Source: an uncultured virus (IMG/VR IMGVR_UViG_3300037840_000096) (Duplodnaviria > Heunggongvirae > Uroviricota > Caudoviricetes). Taken from it: a stretch of DNA of 64,000 nt. This document shows, one piece after another, positions 1 to 9,753 of the stretch (position 1 is the first letter of the stretch; each line of letters starts with the position of its first letter). Location of the stretch: IMG/VR virus record IMGVR_UViG_3300037840_000096; one strand, given 5' to 3'. The position numbers and the translations under genes were made by a program. The notes under the pieces were generated by a model that made no database searches, was not told the origin of the DNA, and was given only the letters and a program-made list of their open reading frames with translations.

Positions 1-333
1 GAGAACATAACCTCTCGCACCCTTCAGATTCAGGAGGTAGAGGAAGCTGAAGGCAAGATGTGGACACTCAAACGTAGGATCAAGTTAGGTGAGAAGGCTC
101 TGCTCCGAGGGGAGCGGTTAGCACAACTGAACCTGCAAATTGCGAACCTGGAACGAGTAATCCAACTGGAGAATGAACTATGTCAAAGAGCAAAGTCCCT
201 ATGCCTGAAGCAAGAGAAACTCCGAAAGTGGTTGGCGGAAACGTGCCCACTGTGCGGCAGGACGGGGAAGCAGTTGGCATCTTCCTGGCTGACATGCACC
301 TCTCCGAGATGCCCCCGGTGTCCCGCTGTGTAG
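1..333 (+). CDS. C-terminal end of an SbcC/Rad50-like N-terminal-half protein (coiled coil ending in a zinc hook); partial at window edge
   Basis: Frame open from base 1; coiled-coil-like sequence followed by CPLCG; lies directly upstream of, and overlaps, the SbcD-like gene. Confidence 0.6.
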   Translation, partial: ENITSRTLQIQEVEEAEGKMWTLKRRIKLGEKALLRGERLAQLNLQIANLERVIQLENELCQRAKSLCLKQEKLRKWLAETCPLCGRTGKQLASSWLTCTSPRCPRCPAV

Positions 334-1208
334 AGTCTGGAACTGGCTGGTTGAAGGTTCAGAAGGAGTACATGCTTCAGTTGGCTGCTATTCAGTTGGT
401 TCACAAGTGTCCTATCTTTATCGCTGGGGACATCTTCAACAAGTGGGACTGCACCCCTCACCTTCTGAGCCATGCGATCTCATGGTTCAAGGAACTCCGG
501 GATGTGTATGCTATCCCAGGCAACCATGACATACCCAACCATAACAGAATGGAGCTAGGAAGATCGGCATTTTGGGTACTCGTGGAAGCTGGAGTTATTA
601 CCCCTCTGAGCGGCCTGGCAGGAATTGGGCCTTTGGTGGTATACCCGTTTCCCTATGGTTCCAAGGTGGAGAAGAGAGTCCAGAGTAGAAAGGATCTCTG
701 TCTGCATGTGGCTTTGATCCATGACTACATCTGGACGGCTGACACCGGCCATCCCTTCGCAGATGAGGGTAAGCGGGTCAAGCACTGGTATTCCAGATTG
801 GAAGGATACGATGTGGCGTTCTATGGAGACAACCACATTCCGTTCTCTGTGACAAAGGAGGGAAAATGTACAATCGTGAATGCTGGATGCTTTATCAAGC
901 GATCAGCAGACGAGATCAGTTTGGAACCCCGCGTATGGCTGCTGTTCTCGGATGGCTTCGTTTCCTTCAAGAAACTAAACACCTCACAGGACAGGTTCCT
1001 GGAGGCCAAAGGCGAGAAGGTCATGATGGAAAAGGCCCTGGAAATCGACCTGGCAGAATTCACGAACGAACTCCTGAGGCTGAACTCCCAGAGGCTGGAC
1101 TTCTGCCGGACGGTCCTGAGTTGGATCGAGAGGGCTAACATACCAGAGGACGTAAAATCCTACATGCTCCGAGCCATAGGGACTTTGGGAAAGAGAGGGC
1201 CATTGTGA
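180..1208 (+). CDS. SbcD/Mre11-like metallophosphoesterase DNA nuclease
   Basis: Motifs LADMHL, AGDIF, PGNHD, GDNHIP, NAGC. Confidence 0.85.
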   Translation: MSKSKVPMPEARETPKVVGGNVPTVRQDGEAVGIFLADMHLSEMPPVSRCVESGTGWLKVQKEYMLQLAAIQLVHKCPIFIAGDIFNKWDCTPHLLSHAISWFKELRDVYAIPGNHDIPNHNRMELGRSAFWVLVEAGVITPLSGLAGIGPLVVYPFPYGSKVEKRVQSRKDLCLHVALIHDYIWTADTGHPFADEGKRVKHWYSRLEGYDVAFYGDNHIPFSVTKEGKCTIVNAGCFIKRSADEISLEPRVWLLFSDGFVSFKKLNTSQDRFLEAKGEKVMMEKALEIDLAEFTNELLRLNSQRLDFCRTVLSWIERANIPEDVKSYMLRAIGTLGKRGPL

Positions 1209-1432
1209 AACCTCCCACGGTCAGGGAAGTAGAATCCCTGAAAGCCGAAGTGGAGAGAGACAGGCACGAACTCTCCCGATTGGAAGGGGTGGTCCAGCAA
1301 CTGAAGGGAACCCAGAAGACCCTACAGCAGTTGAAAGAAGAGTTAGAGACTTTGGTCACCCAGCGGGATAAACTAGAACAGCAGTTTCGAGAGGCTCTGA
1401 AGAAGTACACAGAGGAGTACGATCATGAGTGA
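1205..1432 (+). CDS. Small coiled-coil protein
   Basis: Heptad-rich 75 aa; start overlaps the upstream stop. Confidence 0.6.
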   Translation: MKPPTVREVESLKAEVERDRHELSRLEGVVQQLKGTQKTLQQLKEELETLVTQRDKLEQQFREALKKYTEEYDHE

Positions 1433-1721
1433 GCAACCCCTGAAAGATCCCAACGAGTTGAGTCACAAGGACATGATGGCTGTTCTCCGCTCTTTGGGGA
1501 AAGCAGCGGAGATGTTCTTCGCTACTCACGGATACAATTGCCCGGCGCTTTGTATCATCGCAGAGCATGGCAACTACTTCCTAGAGGTGAACAACGTCGA
1601 GAAAGGAGAGAGCGAGGCTTTGCTGGGAATGAATCTGGAGAGGATAGGAAAGGCAATGCAGGGACTGGAAAAGTGCATAATAGTTCCCCCCAGGGAGGGA
1701 AAGCCTGATGAGATCCACTGA
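1425..1721 (+). CDS. Hypothetical protein
   Basis: Coupled ORF with GAGGAG upstream. Confidence 0.55.
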   Translation: MSEQPLKDPNELSHKDMMAVLRSLGKAAEMFFATHGYNCPALCIIAEHGNYFLEVNNVEKGESEALLGMNLERIGKAMQGLEKCIIVPPREGKPDEIH

Positions 1722-2307
1722 CCGAGACTCTGCGAGGGCATCCTCTGGCCTACGTCAGAAACTGAACAAGTCCCTCACCCAGCGGGATCTGGCTCAGGCG
1801 TCTCTGACCCGGCAAAAGCAAGAACTCTTAGAGGCTGAGAAAAACCTGGAGGCTGCTACGTTGGCCCAGCAGCACCTCCAAGCTCTCGCCCAATCCCTCC
1901 AAACCCAGGCCCACAAACAGATCGCCCAGGCTGTCTCCACCTGTCTCAACGCCGTCTTCACAGAGTTTGAGGAACCCTATGGATTCTCCATTCATTTTGA
2001 ACGCCGAAGGGGAAAGACCGAAGCTAGATTTCTTCTCGAACGACGCGGAAGGACTTTGTCTCCTGGAACTATTAGTGGGGGCGTGCGGGCTGTCGTTAGT
2101 GTTGCCTTGCGTATCGCACGCCTCTCACTACATCGGCCATCCTCCCGTAAGCTACTATGTCTGGATGAGCCCTTTCGAGGACTATCCCGTCAGAACCTGC
2201 GGAAGATGAACTCGCTCATAGAGACTTTGGCTCGGGATCTCGGGTTCCAGATTGTTCTGGTAACCCATGACGAAGAGATTTCGTGTGGAAAGGTTATCTC
2301 AATATGA
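1708..2307 (+). CDS. SbcC/Rad50-like ABC-ATPase C-terminal half
   Basis: Coiled coil, signature ISGG, Walker B LLCLDEP, H-switch VTHD; no Walker A. Confidence 0.8.
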   Translation: MRSTDRDSARASSGLRQKLNKSLTQRDLAQASLTRQKQELLEAEKNLEAATLAQQHLQALAQSLQTQAHKQIAQAVSTCLNAVFTEFEEPYGFSIHFERRRGKTEARFLLERRGRTLSPGTISGGVRAVVSVALRIARLSLHRPSSRKLLCLDEPFRGLSRQNLRKMNSLIETLARDLGFQIVLVTHDEEISCGKVISI

Positions 2308-2646
2308 TTATGAATCTGTGCCAGTGTCGGAAGCTAACCCGCGTTGTGGTGGGAGGGCTAGAGTTCCTGAACCTGCGGTGTCCCCACTGCATCGACTCGA
2401 TCATCGAATCCAAGAACGAACTGGTCCGAGAGGTTGCCCGGTTGAAACCCCTGGCTGGTCCCTCTCAGATTCCCAAAGCCGACAACTCCCCACGAATGTA
2501 GAGAGTTTCGGACTACTCTACCAGTACCTACGCTACCGGGTAAAGAATTTTCGGATCATTCCTGGAAATTCTTTCCAGAGAGGTATACTACAGTCCACTG
2601 CTCCTTTCTAAGGCCCCTAGCCGGTCCTGCAAGACACTTTGACTGA

Positions 2647-2668
2647 AAGACGACCCAAAGGTCGTCTT
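2647..2668. terminator. Hairpin between convergent gene blocks
   Basis: AAGACGACC-CAAA-GGTCGTCTT. Confidence 0.5.
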
Positions 2669-2713
2669 AGAGATCCAAATGCCACAGTGGGGCTGCCAGG
2701 GGCCTTGTAGAGG

Positions 2714-3163
2714 CTATAGGACCCGGTACTGGCCTTGTAGTTCCACAGTAGACCCTGTTCCCGTGGTGCAGGTGAGTCCTTCCCCGCTATTCGTGTCTCC
2801 GTAACCACACTCCGAGAAGGGAAGAGTAAGAACAGTGTTGGCGGGGATGGTGAAGACCTGAGTGATGGCTGTGCCGGCTCCAGCAGGCTTGGAATTGAAA
2901 ACCACAGAGGTAGCTGTACCTCCAGCCTGGATGACCGCCTGAACGATCCTGAGCCGTCTGCCGGGCACGGCTGCAACCACTGCTCCGTCCGTTGTTGCAG
3001 ATGCAATGTTGGTCTGAAAGGGAAGAGTTCGCACCTTCTGCACTCCTGTATGTAGAGCAAAGTCCCTATGGGATTGCTTGGAAACCGGATGCCACCGCAG
3101 TGACTTCTGTTGGGTTCTGTGGGATGGTAACCTGGGAGTAGATGGTAGATGATAAAGCGCCAT
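2714..3163 (-). CDS. Hypothetical virion-associated protein (true start probably near 3040)
   Basis: Last gene of the structural block; rich in T/G/A. Confidence 0.5.
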   Translation of the reverse strand: MALYHLPSTPRLPSHRTQQKSLRWHPVSKQSHRDFALHTGVQKVRTLPFQTNIASATTDGAVVAAVPGRRLRIVQAVIQAGGTATSVVFNSKPAGAGTAITQVFTIPANTVLTLPFSECGYGDTNSGEGLTCTTGTGSTVELQGQYRVL

Positions 3164-4883
3164 CGGATGCCCTCACTAATCCTACCATAACAAAATAAGT
3201 TCCAGGTGCAAACGGACCAATGGTGGTGTTCAGTATTCTACCAGATACAGCCACCGAGTAGCTAGGTGGGTTCAGAGGATTAGGGACTACAACGTCTATC
3301 CAAATCAACCAGGAAGTAGCTGGGAACTGATCGGTATTCGCAGTGGGATACACACACTGCACGATGATGTTCCCTCCGGCCCTGGGATACAGCACAAGAT
3401 TCTGAGGGGCCGGGATCGGGGGTTCGTAGAGGCCCCCGGTGCTGTCTATCGTGATCGTGCTAATCGTAAACTGGTTCTGGCTCTGAAGCCCGTAGAGATC
3501 CTGTCTCCTAACCACCGCGTAGTAAGTCCACAAAGTCCCTATGGGTGGAGGAGTCAGGTTCACCGAGAAGGGCAAAGAGGCTGAGAACGCTGCCGGTGGT
3601 TGTGTGAGATCAGGAGGCCCGTTCAATCCCAGGTAAAGTAACCAGCCCTCTATTTGGTTCTGGACCCGGTAAGCTCCCACCTGAGAAGAGTTGATAATCA
3701 GAACTGCTACCTTGTAGCCACCTTCCTGAGAGGTGAAGATCCCAGAGGGGAGTGGTTGCAGTCTGAGTTGTTCGTAGTGCTGATAGTTCAGGTTCGGCAG
3801 ATCATCCCATCTCTGTGTTGTCTGGTGTGTAGGGGGAGGGGTAGGAAGCATCCCTTGTGGAATAGGCCAGTGCGTGAACTGCTCCCACCAGGAAGTAAGT
3901 ACCGACAGATCGTCCCATCTCTGAGAGGATTGTTGTGTTGGTGGTTTGGGTGGTATGAACCATTGAGCATAGGGACTTTGCTTGTAATTGCTCCACTCCT
4001 GCCAGTGATCGGGGAGGGTAACAATCACCTGGGAAAGCTGGTGTATCTCTGGCTGGCCAGGAACATAGCTAACCGGGATGGGTTGTAGTTTGAACTGCTC
4101 CCACCAGGAGTCCAGCACTGGCAGAGGAGTCTGGTCCTGGGAGGGTTGGCGAGTAGGAGGAGCGGGTGGTATGAACCACTGAGCATAGGGACTTTGCTTG
4201 TAGTTGCTCCACTCCTGCCAGTAATCCGATAGAGAGATCAGGACCTGGCTCGGCTGCGGATAAGGCACTGGTGCAGGAACCAAAGCCTTGACCGCTAGGG
4301 TGATAGCTCCCCACTGAGTAGAACCTCCCAACGCTGCTGTGTGACTACCCGTTGCTCCTTGTGCCTGGTTGGGTTTGTAGGCCACATCCAGGTTTATCAG
4401 GAGAGTGCCAATAGTTCCCAGATCCGTGAGAGCCCCGTCAGGTGTCATAGACTCCAGGACACCAGCAGTGCTAAAAGCACAGATCAGAAAGTCATTGGCT
4501 ACTGTGGTTGTGACACTGGATGCTGTAGCCGTGGTGCTGTTACCGGAGTTGGTGGTAGCTGCATCTGTAGAACTGGTGTCACTATTTTGGATGGCCAGAA
4601 CCCACACATCCGACTTGTCGATCATGCTAGTGTTGTTGAACGTCCAGGTAGACGGTTCACCACTGGCTGTTTTGGTGTATGCAGTTAGCGTTCCTCCGCT
4701 CCCGAGAGAGACAGACGCTGGAGAAGTCCACCCTGTAGGGTTTGCTGGCTTGCTGGTATTGCTGCACGTCTGGAAAGCAACCAGGCGATCCCCGTCTGCT
4801 GTGCCAGTTGGTTTGCTGACGCTGAACGTGGTTCCAGTCTGATCTGCCGTGGAAGAGGTAGATCGCAGGGATGGGTTTGGCAT
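3066..4883 (-). CDS. Putative tail/fibre structural protein with internal repeats
   Basis: S/T-rich beta-type N-domain, P/Q/W-rich repeat region, position in tail module. Confidence 0.55.
   Translation of the reverse strand: MPNPSLRSTSSTADQTGTTFSVSKPTGTADGDRLVAFQTCSNTSKPANPTGWTSPASVSLGSGGTLTAYTKTASGEPSTWTFNNTSMIDKSDVWVLAIQNSDTSSTDAATTNSGNSTTATASSVTTTVANDFLICAFSTAGVLESMTPDGALTDLGTIGTLLINLDVAYKPNQAQGATGSHTAALGGSTQWGAITLAVKALVPAPVPYPQPSQVLISLSDYWQEWSNYKQSPYAQWFIPPAPPTRQPSQDQTPLPVLDSWWEQFKLQPIPVSYVPGQPEIHQLSQVIVTLPDHWQEWSNYKQSPYAQWFIPPKPPTQQSSQRWDDLSVLTSWWEQFTHWPIPQGMLPTPPPTHQTTQRWDDLPNLNYQHYEQLRLQPLPSGIFTSQEGGYKVAVLIINSSQVGAYRVQNQIEGWLLYLGLNGPPDLTQPPAAFSASLPFSVNLTPPPIGTLWTYYAVVRRQDLYGLQSQNQFTISTITIDSTGGLYEPPIPAPQNLVLYPRAGGNIIVQCVYPTANTDQFPATSWLIWIDVVVPNPLNPPSYSVAVSGRILNTTIGPFAPGTYFVMVGLVRASDGALSSTIYSQVTIPQNPTEVTAVASGFQAIP
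3876..4222. repeat. Intragenic duplication with a 216-bp (72 aa) period
   Basis: 3948-4006 nearly identical to 4164-4222; 3876-3893 matches 4092-4109. Confidence 0.85.
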
Positions 4884-4895
4884 GATCCCTCCCCG

Positions 4896-5237
4896 TTAGT
4901 ATTTGGCAAGCTGGGAGAGAGCCAGATCGTCCACATTGGGGACCACGGTGATTTGCAGAGGCTCTCCGTAGAGCTTATTTCCCAACCCATCTACCGTGTA
5001 AAACTGCACAGTCCATATCCCGATCACAGTTGGCATATAGGATGCCTGGACCACTCCAGCGGAGGGAGGAAGATTGATGGTGGCGGCGATAGTAGCGTAA
5101 AGCTGCCCGTAGAGCTTCACCTCCATGAAAGCAAGTACGGCGTTGGTGAGATCAATGACAGTATTGCTCTGGTCTTTGAACGTATAGACAAAGACCTGAG
5201 CATTGTTGTTTCTCAGGGGAACCTGATACTGTTGCAT
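4896..5237 (-). CDS. BppU-N-like / Ig-like baseplate-associated protein
   Basis: FKDQSNTVIDLTNA-type N-terminus; beta-rich; tail region. Confidence 0.4.
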   Translation of the reverse strand: MQQYQVPLRNNNAQVFVYTFKDQSNTVIDLTNAVLAFMEVKLYGQLYATIAATINLPPSAGVVQASYMPTVIGIWTVQFYTVDGLGNKLYGEPLQITVVPNVDDLALSQLAKY

Positions 5238-5262
5238 CGATCAATCACCAAAGTCCCTATGC

Positions 5263-5679
5263 TCATGTCCCCTGGTTGAACGGTTGGTACGCTGCCACCT
5301 GACCAGCCGCATTCAGTGTCGTGATGATGTTACCGATGGCTGTCTGAGCAGCAGTGTATTGAGCGTAACTGGCGGCTACGCTAAGGCCAGTACAGGTAGG
5401 CGTGCGAGTGTCCATCGGGTTTGTCTGAACAGGGGAACCATCGGCAGTGCCAAGAGTCCCATCACTGCCAGAAGCAGCAGTTGGAAAGTGAAGCCATACT
5501 GACTGTGCTCCGTTGTTGACGTTGAACGCATTGAGCCGCGTCTGAAGGTTCTGTAGCGTTCGTAGTAGTGCCTGAGACGACACCATTGCGGCGGCTACTT
5601 GATTGGCCAGGTCCACTGCGGCAGAGTTCTGAGTATTCGCCACTTTCACTCCTCCCACTGATACGTTGGTAGTGGTCAT
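5263..5679 (-). CDS. Hypothetical protein
   Basis: Protein-like A/T/N-rich ORF in the operon. Confidence 0.5.
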   Translation of the reverse strand: MTTTNVSVGGVKVANTQNSAAVDLANQVAAAMVSSQALLRTLQNLQTRLNAFNVNNGAQSVWLHFPTAASGSDGTLGTADGSPVQTNPMDTRTPTCTGLSVAASYAQYTAAQTAIGNIITTLNAAGQVAAYQPFNQGT

Positions 5680-5907
5680 AGGCTTGGATGGCCGTAGTTG
5701 GTCCGTTCTGCACTTGTGTCTACTACCATCATTCACTCCTCTTCAGTTTACCCGAACTCCGTTGCAATACAGCACAGACATATCCGCTATCTGTGCATTG
5801 ACTCCAACGACAGGCTGGAGGATTACCACTACGCTGGCCGTTGCGATTGTGGGCGTCTGGTTTACCGCTGCGTACAGGTCAGCACATGCCAGTTTCACAT
5901 CATCTCC

Positions 5908-6111
5908 TTATGAGCTTGGGTGATCGTAGTTGAAAACGAACCAAAGATCCCTCATCCTGCTCTCGGCCTCTGCCGGTTCCAGGAACTCAGGGGAGTTATC
6001 CGGGTACTCGCAATTGTGAAGCCTCTCAATGGCTGCAAGATACTCTTCTTGAATATCCATGCCACGCTTTTCATAGAAGGCCGCACGATCTAGCAGTTCA
6101 TCTCTTGTCAT
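5908..6111 (-). CDS. Hypothetical protein
   Basis: ATG ORF, co-oriented. Confidence 0.45.
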   Translation of the reverse strand: MTRDELLDRAAFYEKRGMDIQEEYLAAIERLHNCEYPDNSPEFLEPAEAESRMRDLWFVFNYDHPSS

Positions 6112-6166
6112 TTTATTACGAACTCGGATGAATCACTTCGCCGCAGTAAACAGAACTCGTCATGGC

Positions 6167-6427
6167 TTACTCCTCCTCTAAGTAGGCTCGTAACGATGAA
6201 AGAATAGCCTCGCGTACTTCCAAAACCACTTCCTTCGCCGTGTCCAAGCAGCAGCCTCGATCCAGCCATCCCTGCTTCACCTTTACATCCGTTGCTTGCT
6301 CAACGCGACGGATGCACTCCCGTATCGCTTTCTTGAAGACTTCCGCCTCCAACGCATCCACTTCGTTGACGGAGTAAGTCTTCTCATCCAATTCTGACAT
6401 AGCAAACCTCACGAACTTGGGATACAA
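6167..6427 (-). CDS. Hypothetical protein
   Basis: Charged helical ORF; likely start MSELD after GAGG. Confidence 0.5.
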   Translation of the reverse strand: MYPKFVRFAMSELDEKTYSVNEVDALEAEVFKKAIRECIRRVEQATDVKVKQGWLDRGCCLDTAKEVVLEVREAILSSLRAYLEEE

Positions 6428-7860
6428 GATACCGTTCCCAGAACACCACTGATATCCGCTGCCGCTGCTCCGGTTCCTGCCGCTGCTGCCGAGAGCAGCA
6501 AGATGTTCGTGCCCGACAGCGTCAACCCTGTCAGTGTACCGTCGCTGGTGTACGTTGTCAGGGCGAATCCGAGGATGGTTGCACTACCACTCGGGTCGAA
6601 TCGCACCACAGCACGGCAGGTAGTGGAAGTAACCCGCTGGATGTACCCCGTGATACGCACCGTGCCAGCCGCGGCAAACGTCAAGGCGGTACTGTCGAAG
6701 ATTGTGATACCGCCAAAGGCCAGCTTGATCTCGCGGGTAGCCGTCGCACTGGAGACGATTGTCAGCGTGTAGTCGAAGGTGATCTTGTCACCGTTGATTG
6801 CCAGCGTATTCGCTACCGTCGTGTCGCTGTAGATCGTGTCGAAAGCACCACTGGTGCTGCTACTGCTGACGGTGGCGTAGTGGTCAGCGATACAACCACC
6901 AACATTCCCCAGACTGGCACCGGCGGAGGTTTGGAGTTGAATGAGGGGGGCGGTGCGGGAGGCTATCCCTTGAATTACGAGGACTTTTTCATTGGTATTA
7001 GCACTGTTCAGTTGAACAGACGCTACACTATCTGTAGTAGTGTTCGAGTTTACAGTTAATCTTGATGTAGCAGCTGCCACTGTTGTTGCAATACAAACAT
7101 GAACATTGCCACTGCCGTTGGTAATAGTCAGGGCATTAGAAGCTCCTTGTGCCACTGTAATCGGATTGCTCGTACTAGATGAATAGAAAAGCACACCAGC
7201 AGGAGAAATTAACGACAAATTGTACAAATTATCTACAAAAAACGGCAGCGTATTTATTGAGGTTCTTATCTCAAAAGCATTTCCAGTTGGAGTTGCTGCC
7301 AATTTCAGAACTAGCGGCGTGTGTCCGGCCGCCGACGCCGTGAACCTCCCCGCATACGAATTAGTCAGCGTGGCATTAGTCCCAGCAATAGGCGAAGACA
7401 CATCCAACGTCACTGCCGTCGTAACCATACTCGCCCCCACAAACGCCAGTGTCTGCGGCTTGATGACCATACCACGTTGGGTTGCAATCGCCCCCGTCGA
7501 GAACTGGCACGTCGCGGACAGATCGACCAGGTAGGGGATCGCCTCCGTGCCGGCGGTCAGGGTGGTGTGGGCACCGGCGGTGAGGGTAAAGGCGGTGGGG
7601 GAGCCAGTAGTGGCGATTCCCTGTGTAATGACGATTGGAGTTGTGGAAGTAGTCCAGACGTGCGACCCGGTCCAGGTCAGAGCCTGTCCTTCCAGCAAAG
7701 TTATATACTGACTGAAAGTAGCCCCATAGTTTACCCCACCCTGCACCACCTCTATCTCATCCGTAAAAAGAGCACTTACCAACGGGGAGTTGGTGATGAG
7801 GTAGCTAATCATCCCTGGCTGTGAAGGCATGCTAGTGCTCCAAGATCCGAGGTACTCCAC
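6409..7860 (-). CDS. Tail fibre/spike-like protein
   Basis: T/A/S/G-rich beta protein with an AT-rich central segment. Confidence 0.55.
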   Translation of the reverse strand: MEYLGSWSTSMPSQPGMISYLITNSPLVSALFTDEIEVVQGGVNYGATFSQYITLLEGQALTWTGSHVWTTSTTPIVITQGIATTGSPTAFTLTAGAHTTLTAGTEAIPYLVDLSATCQFSTGAIATQRGMVIKPQTLAFVGASMVTTAVTLDVSSPIAGTNATLTNSYAGRFTASAAGHTPLVLKLAATPTGNAFEIRTSINTLPFFVDNLYNLSLISPAGVLFYSSSTSNPITVAQGASNALTITNGSGNVHVCIATTVAAATSRLTVNSNTTTDSVASVQLNSANTNEKVLVIQGIASRTAPLIQLQTSAGASLGNVGGCIADHYATVSSSSTSGAFDTIYSDTTVANTLAINGDKITFDYTLTIVSSATATREIKLAFGGITIFDSTALTFAAAGTVRITGYIQRVTSTTCRAVVRFDPSGSATILGFALTTYTSDGTLTGLTLSGTNILLLSAAAAGTGAAAADISGVLGTVSCIPSS

Positions 7861-8371
7861 TCTCCAGGAGTCGAATCACGGTGGTTTCCAGACGCCTGTA
7901 ATGAGCAAACACAATAGAGACTTTGGCTGGCACCTGCCAGAACGGTTCCTGAAGTTGCACTGGGTTCTGCCAATGCTCCACCGGCGGCACAAACGCTGGG
8001 ACAATAGGAGTGTGTTGTACTGTCTGTTGCCTTACCTCCACTTCTAACATTCCAAACTGCTGCTGGACTAAAGGAGGAGAGACAAACACGGGAAGAATAG
8101 GAATAGTTCTTCTGGGCTGCTGATCGAACCTTGGCTCCTCTGGAGTGTATCTCTTCTCCCGTACTAAAATGTACTCCTTCCAGATGTACTCGTAGGGGGG
8201 TACATGGATCAGTGGATAGTACAGCCAGTCATCCGCTGCTGGCCATGCACTGCGGTACTTGGACTCGTGTACCTTGGAGGGGATGAAGGGAATAGGCGAC
8301 AGTGGTGCGTAGGGTGTGTTCCCAACCCACGTCACCTGCCTGTTTGTAATTCCCTGCCAGGAGACAGCCAC
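7832..8371 (-). CDS. Hypothetical proline-rich protein
   Basis: Coupled ORF in the operon. Confidence 0.45.
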   Translation of the reverse strand: MAVSWQGITNRQVTWVGNTPYAPLSPIPFIPSKVHESKYRSAWPAADDWLYYPLIHVPPYEYIWKEYILVREKRYTPEEPRFDQQPRRTIPILPVFVSPPLVQQQFGMLEVEVRQQTVQHTPIVPAFVPPVEHWQNPVQLQEPFWQVPAKVSIVFAHYRRLETTVIRLLESGVPRILEH

Positions 8372-8373
8372 CC

Positions 8374-8823
8374 CTACCTCACGAATTGAGTTTCGCCAGA
8401 CCGCATGTTGTGAATGAGGGAGATCATCCCCTCCCGGTCGTACTGGAACTTGATCCCCTTGTCCATTTCGAAGTGACTGTCCTGAGCCACCTTTCTAAGA
8501 GCCCTGGCGACCAATAAGAACGCCTCCAAGGTGGTGAAGGTGAGCCTGTCTGTGTGGTCAAAGACAAGAGCCACCAGACCCTTGTGGTGGCTGAGTCTAA
8601 CCTGGGCCTGCTCTCTGGAGATGAGAGCAAAGTCCCTATGGGCTGTGAACTCTTTGGCCACATCTTTGACCACCTGCTCCATTGTCTTCGCGAGGTTGAA
8701 CGCATCCTCCCAATGAGTGATACAATAGTCACACTTCCGATCCAGAACCAGGAGCAAAGCCTTCGGCCTGTCCTGCACCTCTATCTGGAAGGTGACATTC
8801 TCGCCAAGGATCTTGCCAGGCAT
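8374..8823 (-). CDS. Hypothetical protein
   Basis: ATG with AGGAG upstream. Confidence 0.55.
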   Translation of the reverse strand: MPGKILGENVTFQIEVQDRPKALLLVLDRKCDYCITHWEDAFNLAKTMEQVVKDVAKEFTAHRDFALISREQAQVRLSHHKGLVALVFDHTDRLTFTTLEAFLLVARALRKVAQDSHFEMDKGIKFQYDREGMISLIHNMRSGETQFVR

Positions 8824-8843
8824 GACAATCTCCTACTTAGGAG

Positions 8844-9320
8844 CTACGCCATTTCCTCTATTACCAGATCCGCAGTGATGGTGACCGAGGACCCTGGAGC
8901 CACTGGAAGTTTGAGGCCGATGATGCTGGCCGCGTCCACGAAGATGTACTCTTTGGGAGTTGGCAGAAAGAGCCAGCCGTTCAGATAGTTGAACACGTCC
9001 TGGCGGATGATGTTGGAGTCCGTACCCTCTGCACTGGCGTTGGTTCCTGTAGCAGCGGTTCCTCCCACGGCCGAAGCGGCTGGGTCCGTGGTAGGACCGT
9101 TCTTGAGTGGGGTGAAGCTAGTGACCGTGGCTGCACCAGACTTGCGGTTGATCTGCACCGGCTGTTGGGTGCTGGTCGTAGAGGAGGTCTGACCGATGAC
9201 ACCTCTCACGATCTGGAGAGGTACGGTAGCCCCCGCCACAACCTGAATGAGGGTGATGCCCACGGTGACGGCGACCCGTGTCATGGAAATTGTATATATT
9301 CGAGATGCAGGTGCTGCCAT
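8844..9320 (-). CDS. Hypothetical virion protein
   Basis: T/A/V-rich; AGGAG RBS. Confidence 0.55.
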   Translation of the reverse strand: MAAPASRIYTISMTRVAVTVGITLIQVVAGATVPLQIVRGVIGQTSSTTSTQQPVQINRKSGAATVTSFTPLKNGPTTDPAASAVGGTAATGTNASAEGTDSNIIRQDVFNYLNGWLFLPTPKEYIFVDAASIIGLKLPVAPGSSVTITADLVIEEMA

Positions 9321-9375
9321 ATTCGTTCTCCTATAGGGACTTCAGGTCCCTGTAAAAATGCAGGGACCTTCTGGT

Positions 9376-9744
9376 TCAGGGCTCCAGGCCGAGGGATTCC
9401 GCCAGCTTCTTTCGTTTCTGCTCCAGCATGGCGTGTACCTCCACGTCGGAGGTCCCTTTGGAAACAGAGACGCAGTCCAGAATCTGAGCCCTGGTGCCGG
9501 AGACGACCGTGTTCATCTTCTGCGGGGCCGTGGGATCACCCATGAGAGGGTGGATAACGGGGTGGTGGGCAGGTAGTTCCACGGTGTCGGTGATGGGTCC
9601 GTCAGCGTGAGTCCAGGCCACATCCACATACTCCTGGCCCAGCTTGTCACCTGGGAGTTCCCTCCTCCCCAGGATCTTGTAGCTGAACTTGTGGGCTGCC
9701 GGTGCCGCTGGTGTGGGCGTGGGCTTGGGGGCTGGTGCTGGCAT
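9376..9744 (-). CDS. Hypothetical protein
   Basis: AGGAG RBS; PA-rich N-terminus. Confidence 0.55.
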   Translation of the reverse strand: MPAPAPKPTPTPAAPAAHKFSYKILGRRELPGDKLGQEYVDVAWTHADGPITDTVELPAHHPVIHPLMGDPTAPQKMNTVVSGTRAQILDCVSVSKGTSDVEVHAMLEQKRKKLAESLGLEP

Positions 9745-9753
9745 AGGTGTCTC

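Noticed and set aside
3876..4222. Diversity-generating retroelement TR/VR pair
   Set aside because: Both repeats are in frame in one gene and no reverse transcriptase is in the window
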